Shown here: positions 21,740-32,917 of the stretch, piece by piece
How the letters are laid out: each line of letters starts with the position of its first letter
Numbering within the stretch: the first letter of the stretch is position 1
NCBI GenBank assembly: GCA_963811105.1
Contig: CAWEPZ010000008.1
Span: 32,001 to 96,000 of the forward strand
DNA: 64,000 nucleotides
Direction of reading: 5' to 3'
DNA from: Candidatus Bathyarchaeota archaeon
GTDB taxonomy: Archaea > Thermoproteota > Bathyarchaeia > Bathyarchaeales > Bathycorpusculaceae
Program-made: the position numbers and the translations under genes
Notes under the pieces: generated by a model
Database searches by the model: none
What the model saw: the letters and a program-made list of their open reading frames with translations, nothing else
Told to the model about the DNA's origin: nothing

Positions 21740-22060
21740 GCTGAGGCTCTGAAAGTCACTAAGGAGAAAAAAAATTGTTAAACATTTCTTAATTGCTGGC
21801 TAAAAGCGTCTATTCAGCCTCTTGCACTCGCGACATAACACTTTTTCTAGGAGAACATATGCTAGAAACTCAGTTTTAACCGCATGTTGAAAGTGCATAC
21901 TGAATACAACGAGAATATTTTTGGGTGACTTGTTTGGCGCATCCTTTAGGTTGGATATAATCAAGAAGATTCGATACAATTTGCTACATCTGATATTTAG
22001 GAAAGATTTAAAATAAAACAGCCGATAAAGAAAGAGTCAAAAATAGGAGAAAAAAGAAAA

Positions 22061-24664
22061 ATGAACATTAAATTCTCAGCAAATCTAAAAACAACCACAG
22101 CAATCGCTATAATGATACTAATTTTCTCTATTCTAATATCTACAATGCCTGTTCAAGCACAAGCTCAGATAACTGGCGGAGCACCTCAAAGCTCCAATTA
22201 CACAGGAGGACCTTTGCCAACAGGTGTCACTCCAAACGATACAATTGAAACCATAGCCTATCTCAGCGTTAGCCCCAACCCCATCGGAGTCGGCCAACTA
22301 TTACTCGTAAACATGTGGCTTCAACCACCCGTAATTGTTAACCGAGTAGTCGTTGGATACAACGTCGTAATAACAAAACCGGACGGAACCAAAGATACCA
22401 TAGGACCTTTGAACTCCTATCAAGGAGACGCAACAAATTGGTTCACTTACCTTCCCCAACAAGCTGGCAATTACACCTTCCAACTCTTCTATGCAGGCAC
22501 ATATTATCCAGCAGGATACTACAATCAGGGAATAGTTTACAGCACATCTCAAACAGGCGGAAGTGCACTTCTCCAATCAGCCTACTATCTACCTAGCAAC
22601 AGTGCAGTCGTAAAACTTACGGTGCAGGCAGACCCTGTGGCAAGTTGGCCTCCATCTACTCTTCCTACGGACTACTGGTCTCGCCCTATATCGCCAAATA
22701 ATAGAGAATGGTGGGTAATTGCAGGAAACTTTCCGTTTAGCGGAATAGGAGGGGGAGCAAATTGGCCTGCTTACACGAACATATACGAGAGCAACTACAA
22801 GTTTGTTCCCTATGTACAAGCGCCAACCAGTGCACACGTATTATGGAGACAACAATTCGCAATAGGGGGTCTTATCGGAGGTACCCAAGGACAAACATCG
22901 GTATCTATGGGAATAGTTTCTCAAGGCGTTCCACATTTAATTTATGACGGAAGATGTTATGAGACTCTAACTAAAGTCATGCCTCAAATAATCAATGGTT
23001 CAATCGTCAATCAGCCGGCATCTGTTTGGGAATGCTTTGACCTGCAAACAGGACAAGTATATTGGGATCAGACAGGCATAACCCAACCCCCGACATTCAT
23101 TACCTACGGCAGTAGTAGTCCAAGCGTACCCGGTGCGACTTCAGGTGAGACATCTGCAATTTACTTGGTATACATAGGCAGTAGCAGACTCGTAGAATAT
23201 GACCCATACACAGGAGCCGTAGTCGTGAACGTTTCAATTCCAGTGACATCAGGCACAGTCTATGCGGACCCCTGGGTTCTAAGCATACAAACAATTGGAA
23301 CAGGCGCAGCAACGCAGTACTATTTAATTAACTGGACCGTTACGGGAACTAGCACAAACTTTGCAACAAGAGTGAATAGCAACGTTTCTTATCCGTTCAG
23401 CACAATAGGCACTGCTGACTTCGAATCAATGATAGCTGTCAACACAGCCTCGATAACGCCTTCAGCTACCGGAACAGCTCAAGGCCAAATCCTTATGGGC
23501 TCCAGCTTAGTAACAGGAAAACTGCTATGGAACGTTTCAACCAGCGTTACCGCTTCGGAAATTTTCTTCGCATCGCTTACTTTTGTCGCTGACCATGGAA
23601 AATTCGCCGCACGCATGGATGATGGTTACATTGAAGCATGGGATCTGAAAACTGGCGCAGTAGCTTGGAAAACTTTGATGCCTACTCCCTGGGGAGAATT
23701 TGGAGTTTACGATGTATATTCGGCATATGGCCTTCTTTATTCAAATGCATATGATGGCGTTCGCGCACTTAACTGGACCAACGGAAACATAGAATGGACA
23801 TACCAATCAGACGCTGTTCCATTCGAAACTCCATACACTAACTCAACCGGTTCAGACGTTTACTCTTTCAGTGCACCGGGATATGTTGCTGACGGAAAAA
23901 TCTACACATTCAATTGCGAACACACCCCCAGCGAGCCCTTAACCAGAGGATGGAAACTCTACTGCATCAACGCTACTACAGGTGCGGGCATATGGAACAT
24001 AACGTTCATGAGTTTAGGACAGAATGGACCTGGCGCTAGAGGCTTCCAAGGTGCTATTGCCGGAGGCTACCTCGCATACATCAACGAATATGACGGCTAC
24101 CTTTATGTTTTCGGCAAAGGACAATGCGTAACCTCAGTCTCAGCTCCACAAACAGCAATCACTTCAGGAACGCCAGCAATCATTTCAGGTACAGTCATGG
24201 ACCAATCACCAGCACAGTCAGGCACGCCAGCCGTTTCAGACGCATCAATGGGAACATACATGGAGTACTTGCATATGCAACAGCCAATCGACGGACTATT
24301 CCATAACACAATCGTTACGGGTGTCCCAGTATCTATTGATGCAGTTGACCCTAACCAAAACTATATACACATTGCAGATACCACGAGCGATGTCAGTGGA
24401 TTATTCTCATACACTTGGACTCCAACACTCGCAGGTGACTACAAGATATATGCAACATTTGCAGGTAGCGGTTCTTACGGAAGCTCATATGCAGAAACAG
24501 CAGCCCATGTTGTCAATGCACCAGCGACAACATCTACTCCCACGCAAACAACTCAAACTTCAGCAGCAACCGCAACAGACGTAATGGCATACACAGTTGC
24601 CGCCGCCGTCGCCATAATCATAGCAATCGCTATCGTTGGTTTACTGTTACTTAGGAAAAAATAG
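22061..24664 (+). CDS. PQQ-binding-like beta-propeller repeat surface protein
   Basis: Signal peptide, SPNPIGVGQ, PTDYWSRP, repeated D..TG...W blades, EHTP..P..RG, YMEYLHMQQP, S/T linker, TM plus RKK. Confidence 0.85.
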   Translation: MNIKFSANLKTTTAIAIMILIFSILISTMPVQAQAQITGGAPQSSNYTGGPLPTGVTPNDTIETIAYLSVSPNPIGVGQLLLVNMWLQPPVIVNRVVVGYNVVITKPDGTKDTIGPLNSYQGDATNWFTYLPQQAGNYTFQLFYAGTYYPAGYYNQGIVYSTSQTGGSALLQSAYYLPSNSAVVKLTVQADPVASWPPSTLPTDYWSRPISPNNREWWVIAGNFPFSGIGGGANWPAYTNIYESNYKFVPYVQAPTSAHVLWRQQFAIGGLIGGTQGQTSVSMGIVSQGVPHLIYDGRCYETLTKVMPQIINGSIVNQPASVWECFDLQTGQVYWDQTGITQPPTFITYGSSSPSVPGATSGETSAIYLVYIGSSRLVEYDPYTGAVVVNVSIPVTSGTVYADPWVLSIQTIGTGAATQYYLINWTVTGTSTNFATRVNSNVSYPFSTIGTADFESMIAVNTASITPSATGTAQGQILMGSSLVTGKLLWNVSTSVTASEIFFASLTFVADHGKFAARMDDGYIEAWDLKTGAVAWKTLMPTPWGEFGVYDVYSAYGLLYSNAYDGVRALNWTNGNIEWTYQSDAVPFETPYTNSTGSDVYSFSAPGYVADGKIYTFNCEHTPSEPLTRGWKLYCINATTGAGIWNITFMSLGQNGPGARGFQGAIAGGYLAYINEYDGYLYVFGKGQCVTSVSAPQTAITSGTPAIISGTVMDQSPAQSGTPAVSDASMGTYMEYLHMQQPIDGLFHNTIVTGVPVSIDAVDPNQNYIHIADTTSDVSGLFSYTWTPTLAGDYKIYATFAGSGSYGSSYAETAAHVVNAPATTSTPTQTTQTSAATATDVMAYTVAAAVAIIIAIAIVGLLLLRKK

Positions 24665-24956
24665 AATAAACAAGAAACCCACAAAACCCTTTTCCTTTTT
24701 TATTAAGGTACGAAATCAGGCTTAACGTCACACTACAAAATAGGCCGCCAAGTTGCACGAGCTTCAAAAACATTGTAAAAAAGTGTCTTCGCGAAAATAA
24801 ATTTGAAGTATTCTGGTATATGAAGTTGATATATGGTTTCTAACCAATTATTATAGTATTAAGACTTGCGCAACTGTATTGCTAAATTCGGTACAACTCG
24901 ATGAAAGAAATATCGCTTATAACGCATGACTTGACTGTGGAATATATCTGAAGAAA

Positions 24957-25321
24957 GTGACTGCGTTGACTGTAGAATTAATGGAAACTGCCTTTAGACG
25001 TCGTGGAAATTTTGGCACACTAACCGAAATTATGGGTATCTGCAAGAATGGGTGTTCGTCGACTCAAATCATGTTTAAAGCGAACCTTAGTTTTACCCAA
25101 CTGAAACAGTATTTGGCTTCTCTTTTAAAATGGGTCTCCTTGAAAAGGTTGAGCGTGAGGGTAAGCGCCTCTATAGGTCGACAAATAAGGGTTTGGAGTT
25201 TATGGTTCTGCAACAACAAATAATTAATCTGTTAAATGATAAAGACTCGAGATGTTGTTCTAAGCGTCCTTTATCGGGCGTTATTCTTTTCCCACGAAAT
25301 AATTCAAGGTTAATGTTTTAA
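24957..25321 (+). CDS. Winged-helix regulator (HTH_45-like), frameshift in an A-run near 25130
   Basis: RRR...EI...C..G...TQIMFKANLSF.QL..YL..L continues as MGLLE...Y.ST.KG.EF. Confidence 0.75.
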
Positions 25322-25513
25322 AAATTTTCTTGTGAAGTATTCACTGATTTTTTAGACGTTTTATTGAGTCTGCTTCGTGTGCAGTTTATGTCTGTGTGGT
25401 TTCCAAGCAAGGTATAATGCTGTAGTTAAAATGAGAGCTAAATTTTTTATATTTGAGAAGAGGAGGCTGTTAATAATAAGATGCAAATTTCCCAGTGCCA
25501 ATGTAGAGGTTTG

Positions 25514-26170
25514 TTATGTTATTCTGGTGGCTGTTTCTATGATGACACCTTTTTTTCCCAGAGTATAAGTTAGCCTTCGCGTCGGGATTATTGTTCCTGA
25601 CATTTTCCTTATTATCAGATGTCTCATGGTTGAGTCGGCTGACCAAGTTAATGCGAAGTTTATTGAGCCTTCCGCGAAATGGTTCAAGGTTGCTTCCGCT
25701 TGCGGGTCTTGCATGCCTTCAGTGATAAGGATCAGATGGAAATTTTGGCTTTTTCTGTTCTGATGCGTCATGGCAGTTACTAAGTTAGCGATTTCTCCGA
25801 TTTTGTGGATAAGCAACAGCTCTGAAAGAGAGTCAATCACAATGGTTCTACACTGCTGCATTTCCTCTAAAACATTTTTCAGCAGTTCATTTGAGGTTGT
25901 GTTTTTGAGGCTCTTGAATCTCCAAGCCCCCGCATCCTCACACGACACTGTGTCCCATCCGTAAGCCGCCATATCCTCTCGAACGCTCTCTGCCGAAACG
26001 TTAACTGTAAAATAAGTGACTGGACACGTCTGCACCCTGTTGAATAGGACTTGTTTTGCAAAGACTTCGTTTCCTGAACCTGGCGCACCTGTGAGAAGTA
26101 TGATTTTTGGGGGCAGTCCGCCCATTAAGAATTCGTCGAGGCCGGCAATTCCAGTTTTCACAGTTTTCAT
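25514..26170 (-). CDS. KaiC/RAD55-like single-domain ATPase with degenerate Walker A
   Basis: TGIAGLD...GGLP, G.PGSGNE (K to N), IVIDSLS, IIRKM.G. Confidence 0.8.
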   Translation of the reverse strand: MKTVKTGIAGLDEFLMGGLPPKIILLTGAPGSGNEVFAKQVLFNRVQTCPVTYFTVNVSAESVREDMAAYGWDTVSCEDAGAWRFKSLKNTTSNELLKNVLEEMQQCRTIVIDSLSELLLIHKIGEIANLVTAMTHQNRKSQNFHLILITEGMQDPQAEATLNHFAEGSINFALTWSADSTMRHLIIRKMSGTIIPTRRLTYTLGKKGVIIETATRIT

Positions 26171-26337
26171 TGACAGTTAACCTTTTCTGATATGAATATG
26201 AATTGCTTAGTATTAACTTTTGTAGAGTTAAGATATTAATTACATGTCCAATTGCTTTTCATTACCTTTTTTTAAGGTCAAAGAATTGAATGATTCTAAC
26301 TTTTTTTGTTGTTATTCTTGATATATTTTAGAAATTG

Positions 26338-26369
26338 AATATAGAGTATTAATTCATCATACTTTTAAG
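26338..26369 (+). promoter_or_regulatory. Shared pilin promoter motif plus TATA box, copy 1
   Basis: AATATAGAGTATTAATTCAT-N5-TTTTAAG upstream of pilin 26422. Confidence 0.7.
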
Positions 26370-26421
26370 CATGCACTTCTAAATGGAGAACCAGTAAATC
26401 AAGAATAAAGGCGAAATAGAA

Positions 26422-26901
26422 ATGAAATTTGGAAAAACAATAAGGAATTTCCGTAAAGATGTACGCGCAATCTCACCAGTAATTGCCACTCTACTAATGA
26501 TAGCCATCGCAGTCGTCGCTTCCTTAGTTACTTACGCTTGGGTTATGGGATACATGAACTTCACAACAGAGAAGACCGGCAAAGCAATACAGATACAGAG
26601 TGTTTCCTACAGGTACGGAGGACCAATTGACGTATTTACAATATATGTACAAAACGTTGGCGACTCAGATCTTCAGCTTAGCAACTGCTAACAGTGTCAT
26701 TCATAAACGGTGCAGTATCTACGGCCTCGGGATAACTGGCACCTCTGGAGCTACCACTACTCTGAGATAAGGGCTAATACAGCCATCTATAACTGGCAAC
26801 AGCGCGCAAGTCTACTAGCAGGCGTTCAATCGATAACTATCAAAGTGACAACAACAGACGGAACATTCAGCCAAATAACTCAGCAATTCACTATCGTATA
26901 A
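26422..26901 (+). CDS. Archaeal type IV pilin (class III signal peptide), split by indels
   Basis: RKDVRA|ISPVIATLLMIAIAVV; YVQNVG; ends ITIKVTTTDGTFSQ in ORF 26710-26901. Confidence 0.85.
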
Positions 26902-26993
26902 GTGTGGATTGTTTTGAGCATTTTTTCTTTTATTTTTTTTATTAACAGAGTCGATGAAGGAAGCGTTAACATGAATGAGGGGAAATCGCTAAG

Positions 26994-28661
26994 TTGACAT
27001 CTCAAAGGAAACTATTTTCGCGCAAGAAACCAGTAAAACTTCTGGAACCTGTCTTAGATTTATCTGAAAAAATAGGTAAGAAAAAAGGTTTGTCCCTAAA
27101 AGTACCATCATTCACCAAAAAAACAAGGTTGCCAAATCCTGTTGCTCCCATTCCTGACAGAGAGATACCAGTTTCCGAGCCAGTTAACGAGAAAATCCTC
27201 GAAACTTACTCTCTCATTGAGCCTTATTGTCACGTGAATATTGTGAAGGATTTGGACAGGGGAAACATAAGATACGTGGTTGATGAACCAAAACTCACAA
27301 TCGAAGATGAAACTCACCTTAAGCGGTTAAAAGAAATTCTTAATCAAGTAATAACCCTAAAGCCATCAGATTTACAATCAAAAGAGACTGCTGGAAAATA
27401 CTTAGTTGAGAAGAGTAAAGAAATTTTTGACAACTACGATTTTAAGATAGATGCAGCAACACAAGGTAAACTTCTTTACTGCATTGTTAGGGATAATCTC
27501 GGTTTTGGAAAAATAGATTCCCTAATGCACGACCAATTAATTGAGGACCTTTCATGCGATGGAGTTAATATCCCAATCTTCGTTTGGCATCGCAAGTCCG
27601 AGTCCATACCAACAAACATTCGTTTTGAGACTGAAGAGGAACTTGACTCATTCGCTCTGCGACTTGCATATATGTGTGGAAGTCACGTTTCCATAGCTCA
27701 ACCACTATTAGATGCAAGTCTTCCGGATGGCAGCAGAATCAACCTTACTTACGGCAAAGAGGTTACGCGTAGAGGCTCAACTTTTACCATAAGAAAATTC
27801 AAACTTGACCCATTCACAGTAACCGATCTAATTATTTTTGGCACTATCTCAGCGGAGATGGCTGCTTTCTTGTGGTATGCAGTAGAAAATCGAGTTTCAA
27901 TCCTGGTGGCTGGCGGTATTGCTGCTGGCAAAACTACACTTTTAAACTGTCTAAGCATGTTCATAAAAGCCGACTTAAAAGTCGTATCCATCGAAGATAC
28001 ACCTGAGATTAACCTTCCACATGAAAACTGGATTCCGGCTACCACTAGATCACATTTTGGAATAGCCACAGACTCTGCAGACGTTACATTATTTGATCTT
28101 CTGAAAGCTTCATTGAGACAAAGACCAGACTACATCATAGTTGGTGAAATCAGAGGAGCAGAAGCATACACTCTTTTCCAAGCTGTAAGTACAGGGCACC
28201 TTGGGATGTCAACCGTTCACGCTGAATCAGTTGAATCAGCGGTTTACCGTTTAGAATCAGCACCAATGAACATTCCTCGAACTCTCATCGCTGGAATAGA
28301 CATCATATTGGTTCAAAAACGAGTCGAAATAAAAGGCAAACCTGTGAGAAAAACGGTTGCCGCCTCAGAAATCGTTGGTTTAGATCCTCGTTCAGGAGAA
28401 ATATTAACAAACGAAGTGTATAGATGGAACGCGACTGATGAAACATTCGATTATACTGGTCGAAGTTATATTCTTGAGAAAATAGCTGAAAAAACAGGAA
28501 TAAGCATTGAGCAGGCTGAAGAAGAACTCAAAAATAGAAGAAAAATAATAACCTGGATGGCTAAAAAGGGCATTCGAAATTACAAAGACGTATCCAACAT
28601 AATTCGATCGTATATGGAGAATCCTACTCGCATACTTGCGGAGGCATTAAAAGACGAATAA
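26994..28661 (+). CDS. Type IV pilus/type II secretion assembly ATPase (FlaI/TadA-like)
   Basis: LPDGSR, FTIRKF, GGIAAGKTT, IEDTPE, LRQRPDYIIVGEIRG, TGH...STVHA. Confidence 0.95.
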   Translation: MTSQRKLFSRKKPVKLLEPVLDLSEKIGKKKGLSLKVPSFTKKTRLPNPVAPIPDREIPVSEPVNEKILETYSLIEPYCHVNIVKDLDRGNIRYVVDEPKLTIEDETHLKRLKEILNQVITLKPSDLQSKETAGKYLVEKSKEIFDNYDFKIDAATQGKLLYCIVRDNLGFGKIDSLMHDQLIEDLSCDGVNIPIFVWHRKSESIPTNIRFETEEELDSFALRLAYMCGSHVSIAQPLLDASLPDGSRINLTYGKEVTRRGSTFTIRKFKLDPFTVTDLIIFGTISAEMAAFLWYAVENRVSILVAGGIAAGKTTLLNCLSMFIKADLKVVSIEDTPEINLPHENWIPATTRSHFGIATDSADVTLFDLLKASLRQRPDYIIVGEIRGAEAYTLFQAVSTGHLGMSTVHAESVESAVYRLESAPMNIPRTLIAGIDIILVQKRVEIKGKPVRKTVAASEIVGLDPRSGEILTNEVYRWNATDETFDYTGRSYILEKIAEKTGISIEQAEEELKNRRKIITWMAKKGIRNYKDVSNIIRSYMENPTRILAEALKDE

Positions 28662-28665
28662 GCGG

Positions 28666-29532
28666 TTGCTATCTCTCTTTCTTAGAACGGCAAAGTTTGT
28701 TCCTCAATCTCTTATTACAGAATTAAAGAGCATGCAGGATAATCTATCTAAAGCCGCGGTTAAAATCACCTTCGAAGCTTACTTGGGCTTAATGGCCTTC
28801 TCAACAATAATAGCTGCAGTGTTAGGCTTTGGAGTTTCATTACTGATATTCTCAATTAGACTTCCAATTGTACCTGCATTGGTATTTTCAATAATAGCTG
28901 CGATGGTCACTGGCATTGTCGTATTTGGGTTTTGTTATGTTTACCCTGTTCTCACGATTTCGTCTAAGGTGAGAAAGATAGAGTCAAATTTGCCATTAAC
29001 AGCTAATTTCATGGCGGTGCTAGCAAGTTCAGGCATGCCTCCCGAACGTATTTTTCGATCCTTAGCAAATGTCGGCGATGAATTCGGGGTTGGAGAAGAA
29101 ATACGTCGTGCCATTGCTGATACCGAATTGATGGGTTTGGATTTAAATGATGCTTTGAGACGCGCATCTGTAAGGTCGGCTTCAAGAAAGTTTGGCGCAA
29201 TGTTAGATGGCATTGTCACTACTTCCCACATGGGTGGCGATTTGGCGTCTTTTCTTAGAGATGAGTCAGAAAAAGCCAAAAAGCTGCGGGTTACTTCAAT
29301 GAAAAGTTTTCTAGATAGTCTTGCAGGCATGGCCGAAGTCTACGTCAGTTTCATGATTGCACTGCCCTTGGTCCTTGTAGTTATGCTCTCTGTAATGTCA
29401 TTCTTAGGCGGCGGATCAATGCTTGCCGGTATGGATCCTCAAACAGTTTTGTTACTTATGACCTTCATAGTAACACCTGCAGGTGTAGGAATAATGTTGC
29501 TAATGGTCGATTCAATGACACCTCCGAGGTAA
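28666..29532 (+). CDS. Type II secretion system F-family platform protein (TadC/FlaJ-like)
   Basis: TM segments, IESNLP...FMAVLASSG, GGDLASFL. Confidence 0.9.
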   Translation: MLSLFLRTAKFVPQSLITELKSMQDNLSKAAVKITFEAYLGLMAFSTIIAAVLGFGVSLLIFSIRLPIVPALVFSIIAAMVTGIVVFGFCYVYPVLTISSKVRKIESNLPLTANFMAVLASSGMPPERIFRSLANVGDEFGVGEEIRRAIADTELMGLDLNDALRRASVRSASRKFGAMLDGIVTTSHMGGDLASFLRDESEKAKKLRVTSMKSFLDSLAGMAEVYVSFMIALPLVLVVMLSVMSFLGGGSMLAGMDPQTVLLLMTFIVTPAGVGIMLLMVDSMTPPR

Positions 29533-29538
29533 ATAATA

Positions 29539-30387
29539 TTGGGCAAAGTTGCAATTAAAAAAAGACAATTAACTTTGGGGCTTTCGATACTTGCCGTAAT
29601 AGTAGCTGTAGCAATTATCGCTATCGTATCATTCTCGGCATTAACAACTTATATCAATGAAATCTTTTTTGTTAGCATATTAGTGATATTAGTCCCTTCG
29701 GCTATTCTTGATTTGAAACACCAACGATGGATATCCTCAATAGAAAACCAGATGCCTCTGCTCGTCAGAGGAGTTGCAGAATCTCAGGAAACCGGGATGA
29801 CCTTAATTAGAGCTTTGGAAAAAGTTGTCGACAACAAAATGGTCAGTGGTCCCCTTTCAAAGGAAGTCAAGCAGTTAGTTATTGAAATGTCCTGGGGTAC
29901 ATCTTTTGAAGATGCACTAACCAATTTCAAAAATCGCATAAACTCACCCATAGTGAACCGCTTCTGTGTTCTTGTTTTGGAAGCAAGCCGATCAGGGGGA
30001 ACAATCAAGAAAGTATTCACTGCAACTGCAGGTTTCATGGAGGAAATGAAGGATATCGACAGGGAAACCGACGCCCAAATGAAACCTTACATAATAGTGA
30101 TTTATGCGGCCTTTGCAGTGTTTATAGTTACAGCAATTCTGCTGGTGCAATCGTTTTTTGCTCCCATGAGTGGTTCTCAGCAAATATCAAGCAATACCGC
30201 CATTGCTGGAGTTGGCGGATTAAAGGATTTCTTCTATCAAGACATGTTGGTTTCAGGTTTAACAGGCGGATTGATGGCAGGAAAAATCGGGGAACGCAGA
30301 GTAGCTGGAGGTATGAAACACTCAATCCTACTAGTCGTAATTGGATACGCCATATTCTTTGCAGGTATACCGCCCAACTGGATGTAA
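29539..30387 (+). CDS. Type II secretion system F-family platform protein (second)
   Basis: IENQMP..VR.VAE..ETGMTL..AL, SWG.SFEDAL, GLMAGKIGE. Confidence 0.9.
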   Translation: MGKVAIKKRQLTLGLSILAVIVAVAIIAIVSFSALTTYINEIFFVSILVILVPSAILDLKHQRWISSIENQMPLLVRGVAESQETGMTLIRALEKVVDNKMVSGPLSKEVKQLVIEMSWGTSFEDALTNFKNRINSPIVNRFCVLVLEASRSGGTIKKVFTATAGFMEEMKDIDRETDAQMKPYIIVIYAAFAVFIVTAILLVQSFFAPMSGSQQISSNTAIAGVGGLKDFFYQDMLVSGLTGGLMAGKIGERRVAGGMKHSILLVVIGYAIFFAGIPPNWM

Positions 30388-30392
30388 AAAAA

Positions 30393-30845
30393 ATGAAGAA
30401 ACTATTTAGAAACCGAAAGGCAGTTTCACCAGTGATCGCCACCGTATTGATGATATTAGTAACAATGGCTGGTATGTCGATTCTTTTTGGGTTTGTGATT
30501 TCATATTCTGATGCGTACAAAGCAGGTGTTGGAAGTTCTGTTATGGAGTCTTTAACCGTCGAAGACATATGGTTAAGCCCGCATACTACCACTTATAATT
30601 CTGAAGTTCAAATATCTGTCTACAATGTTGGAAAAGTAGATTCCACAATAACATCGATGTATGCAAACGGCTTAAAATTAACTGAAAATGGCACCCTCAA
30701 CTTAAACAAACCCATAGCCGTTGGCCAACATCTAACCATAACTCTTGACTGGAGCCCGAACCGTTGGGTTCATGGTCAAGAATATACATTTAGAGTTTCA
30801 ACATTGAGCGGATCTAACTTCGACATTAAATATACAGCGCCATAA
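30393..30845 (+). CDS. Type IV pilin (minor)
   Basis: RNRKA|VSPVIATVLMI; VYNVG. Confidence 0.85.
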   Translation: MKKLFRNRKAVSPVIATVLMILVTMAGMSILFGFVISYSDAYKAGVGSSVMESLTVEDIWLSPHTTTYNSEVQISVYNVGKVDSTITSMYANGLKLTENGTLNLNKPIAVGQHLTITLDWSPNRWVHGQEYTFRVSTLSGSNFDIKYTAP

Positions 30846-30860
30846 ACTGGGAGATGAAGA

Positions 30861-31343
30861 ATGTTGATAAAGCGACTATTAAAAAACAAGAAGGGAACAG
30901 CTGAAGTAATCGGATCAGTAATGTTCATTGTTATATTACTGTTCTTCTTTACAAACGTGTACTTGTGGCATGACACTGCAACAAAAGAAATGAACGATCT
31001 CTATGTTCAGAAGATAAACTCGCCAATTACGATTTCAATAATGTCGAGTCCTTACGAGTTGAATGTAACCAATAAAGGTGGCGTAGATGCTAGACTTTCA
31101 ATTTTGTGGGTGGATGTGACATCGGCCAGTTCCGGTAGCCCCGATCGGTTTCATGGTTACTTCAATCTTACACAATTAAATATTGTTGTCCTTCCAGGGT
31201 CAAGCATCCCAGTTTCTTGGAATTCTGTCGGCACTTTGAATAGTTTGGATGAAAGTTATAATCCCCAATCTGGTGATATATTGCAGCTTAAAATGGTTAC
31301 AAGCGTTGGAAATACTGCTGCTTGTCGATACCCCCAAGGTTGA
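30861..31343 (+). CDS. Pilin-like protein
   Basis: KNKKG|TAEVIGSVMFIVILLFFF; VTNKG; VTSVGN. Confidence 0.75.
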   Translation: MLIKRLLKNKKGTAEVIGSVMFIVILLFFFTNVYLWHDTATKEMNDLYVQKINSPITISIMSSPYELNVTNKGGVDARLSILWVDVTSASSGSPDRFHGYFNLTQLNIVVLPGSSIPVSWNSVGTLNSLDESYNPQSGDILQLKMVTSVGNTAACRYPQG

Positions 31344-31546
31344 AAATTTGTAGCTTATTTTTCTTCTTATTTCCCAAGATTTTACCCAAGAAGATGATCT
31401 TCTGGTCGGTGCCACTTTTCTATTTACTTGTTTTTGTTGTTTGGTCATAAGGAATTGCCTTTTCTTAGCTTGTCTGTCGATAGAGCATAATTTTTTTTCG
31501 TTTGATTGTTCGTTTATGAATATGTCTGCCTTTAGTTTTTTGGGGT

Positions 31547-32672
31547 CTAGTTTACATGCACTATTAGGGGTCTGTTAGAGATTATCCCATTGAATATCCA
31601 TTCGCCAAGTGCTAAATATGGAAGAGAGCTTGAGGTGCCTACCATGTTTGAGAGGTTTTCAATATCTTCTTTGTTTGTTGTTTTTCCAATTATTTGCGTG
31701 CCAATTTGAGATAGAACACTTCCTCCAAGTTGGGCTGGATGGGTAGTTAAGAGACATGCAAATATGCCTGTTTTTCTTCCTTCAGAGACAACTTGATCTA
31801 GTGTTTCTCCGATAAGATTTTCTGATTCCTCGATAATTAGGAATAGTGGCTTGATTTTATCTTCCAATCTTAGTTTTAGTAGCATTTGTAGAGCTTCGAT
31901 GTAGAAAGCCCTTTTTTCTTTGGGTGCTAATCCGTAGCCATTTAGAATTGATGTTTGTCCTCTCTTTATTTCTTTAGCCAGAGCATCTTTATCCATTTTT
32001 GAATTAACCACAATGGCTTTAGCGTGTGTTTCTAGAGCGTTTGAGTATTCATTATACGGGTCAAATACAATTATTTGACCTGGAGTTTTGCCGTATATTT
32101 CTTGAATCAATAATTTGGCAAGGTGAGTTTTTCCTGCGCCAGCTACAGCAGTGATGATTGCGTGTTTTGAAGTTAACTCTTGTGCATCTATAAAGCACTT
32201 AATGCTTCCGCTACTATCTTGCTCATGAGCCGATGAACCTTCAAAGGTTCCTATTTGAATAGGCATCTTGAAGACTTCTCCTTTTGCATTTCTATTCAGG
32301 ATGTCTTCAAGAAACTTTTTTAATGGAATATAGACTCGGCACCCCGGATTTGGGGGAACCAAAACTTTGCCCATTGGTTTAACTTCATTTCTAAGATCAA
32401 TGTATCCCTCGATTTTTGCAGTTGCTAGCATTTTACCAATTTTGTCGCCTATGGTTGAACCCGCAACTTCCTCATAGCTAGTATATATCAGTAATAACTG
32501 CCAAGACCTGGCATGCTTCACCAAAAAGCGGATGGTCAATAAGGACATAATCATATTTTTCCAAACTGCCCTTGTTCTTTGGGGGACTGACCAGAAAACA
32601 GAATTGCCCCGTATGGGTATCATTGGATACTAATCCAAAATGTTCCCTTATGCGAACGTTTGAAAGATCCAT
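31547..32672 (-). CDS. HerA/DUF87-like ATPase with HAS-barrel N-terminus, frameshift near 32480
   Basis: N-terminus from ORF 32478-32738 joins 31547-32623; KHAIITAVAGAGKT, IIVFDPYNEY, LIIEESE, EGRK.G...TTHP. Confidence 0.8.
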
Positions 32673-32815
32673 TAATCTAACCTCTAAATTGGTATTCTCT
32701 ATTTGATGTGTTGAGGATTTTAATTTATCGGAGTACAAATTCAGTGTACAAATTCAGGACATTTCCCTGGATAATCTGTTGCGATTCAACTTGGCTAATT
32801 TATCCATACAGCAAT

Positions 32816-32847
32816 AATACAGAGCAATAATTCATGTTTGTTAAATA
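32816..32847 (+). promoter_or_regulatory. Shared pilin promoter motif plus TATA box, copy 2
   Basis: AATACAGAGCAATAATTCAT-N5-TTAAATA upstream of 32918. Confidence 0.7.
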
Positions 32848-32917
32848 TCACTTCATCATAGCTAGCGCTTAGACGAAAAAATAGTCTACAAACTATTAAT
32901 TATGAAGGAAAAAACAA

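Noticed and set aside
21950-21977. GTTGGATATAATCAAGA resembling the left arm of a Thermococcales dif site
   Set aside because: No inverted right arm follows.
26422-31343. Archaellum (fla/arl) operon
   Set aside because: No archaellin, FlaF/G or chemotaxis genes; two split platform proteins and pilin-type subunits point to an adhesive pilus.
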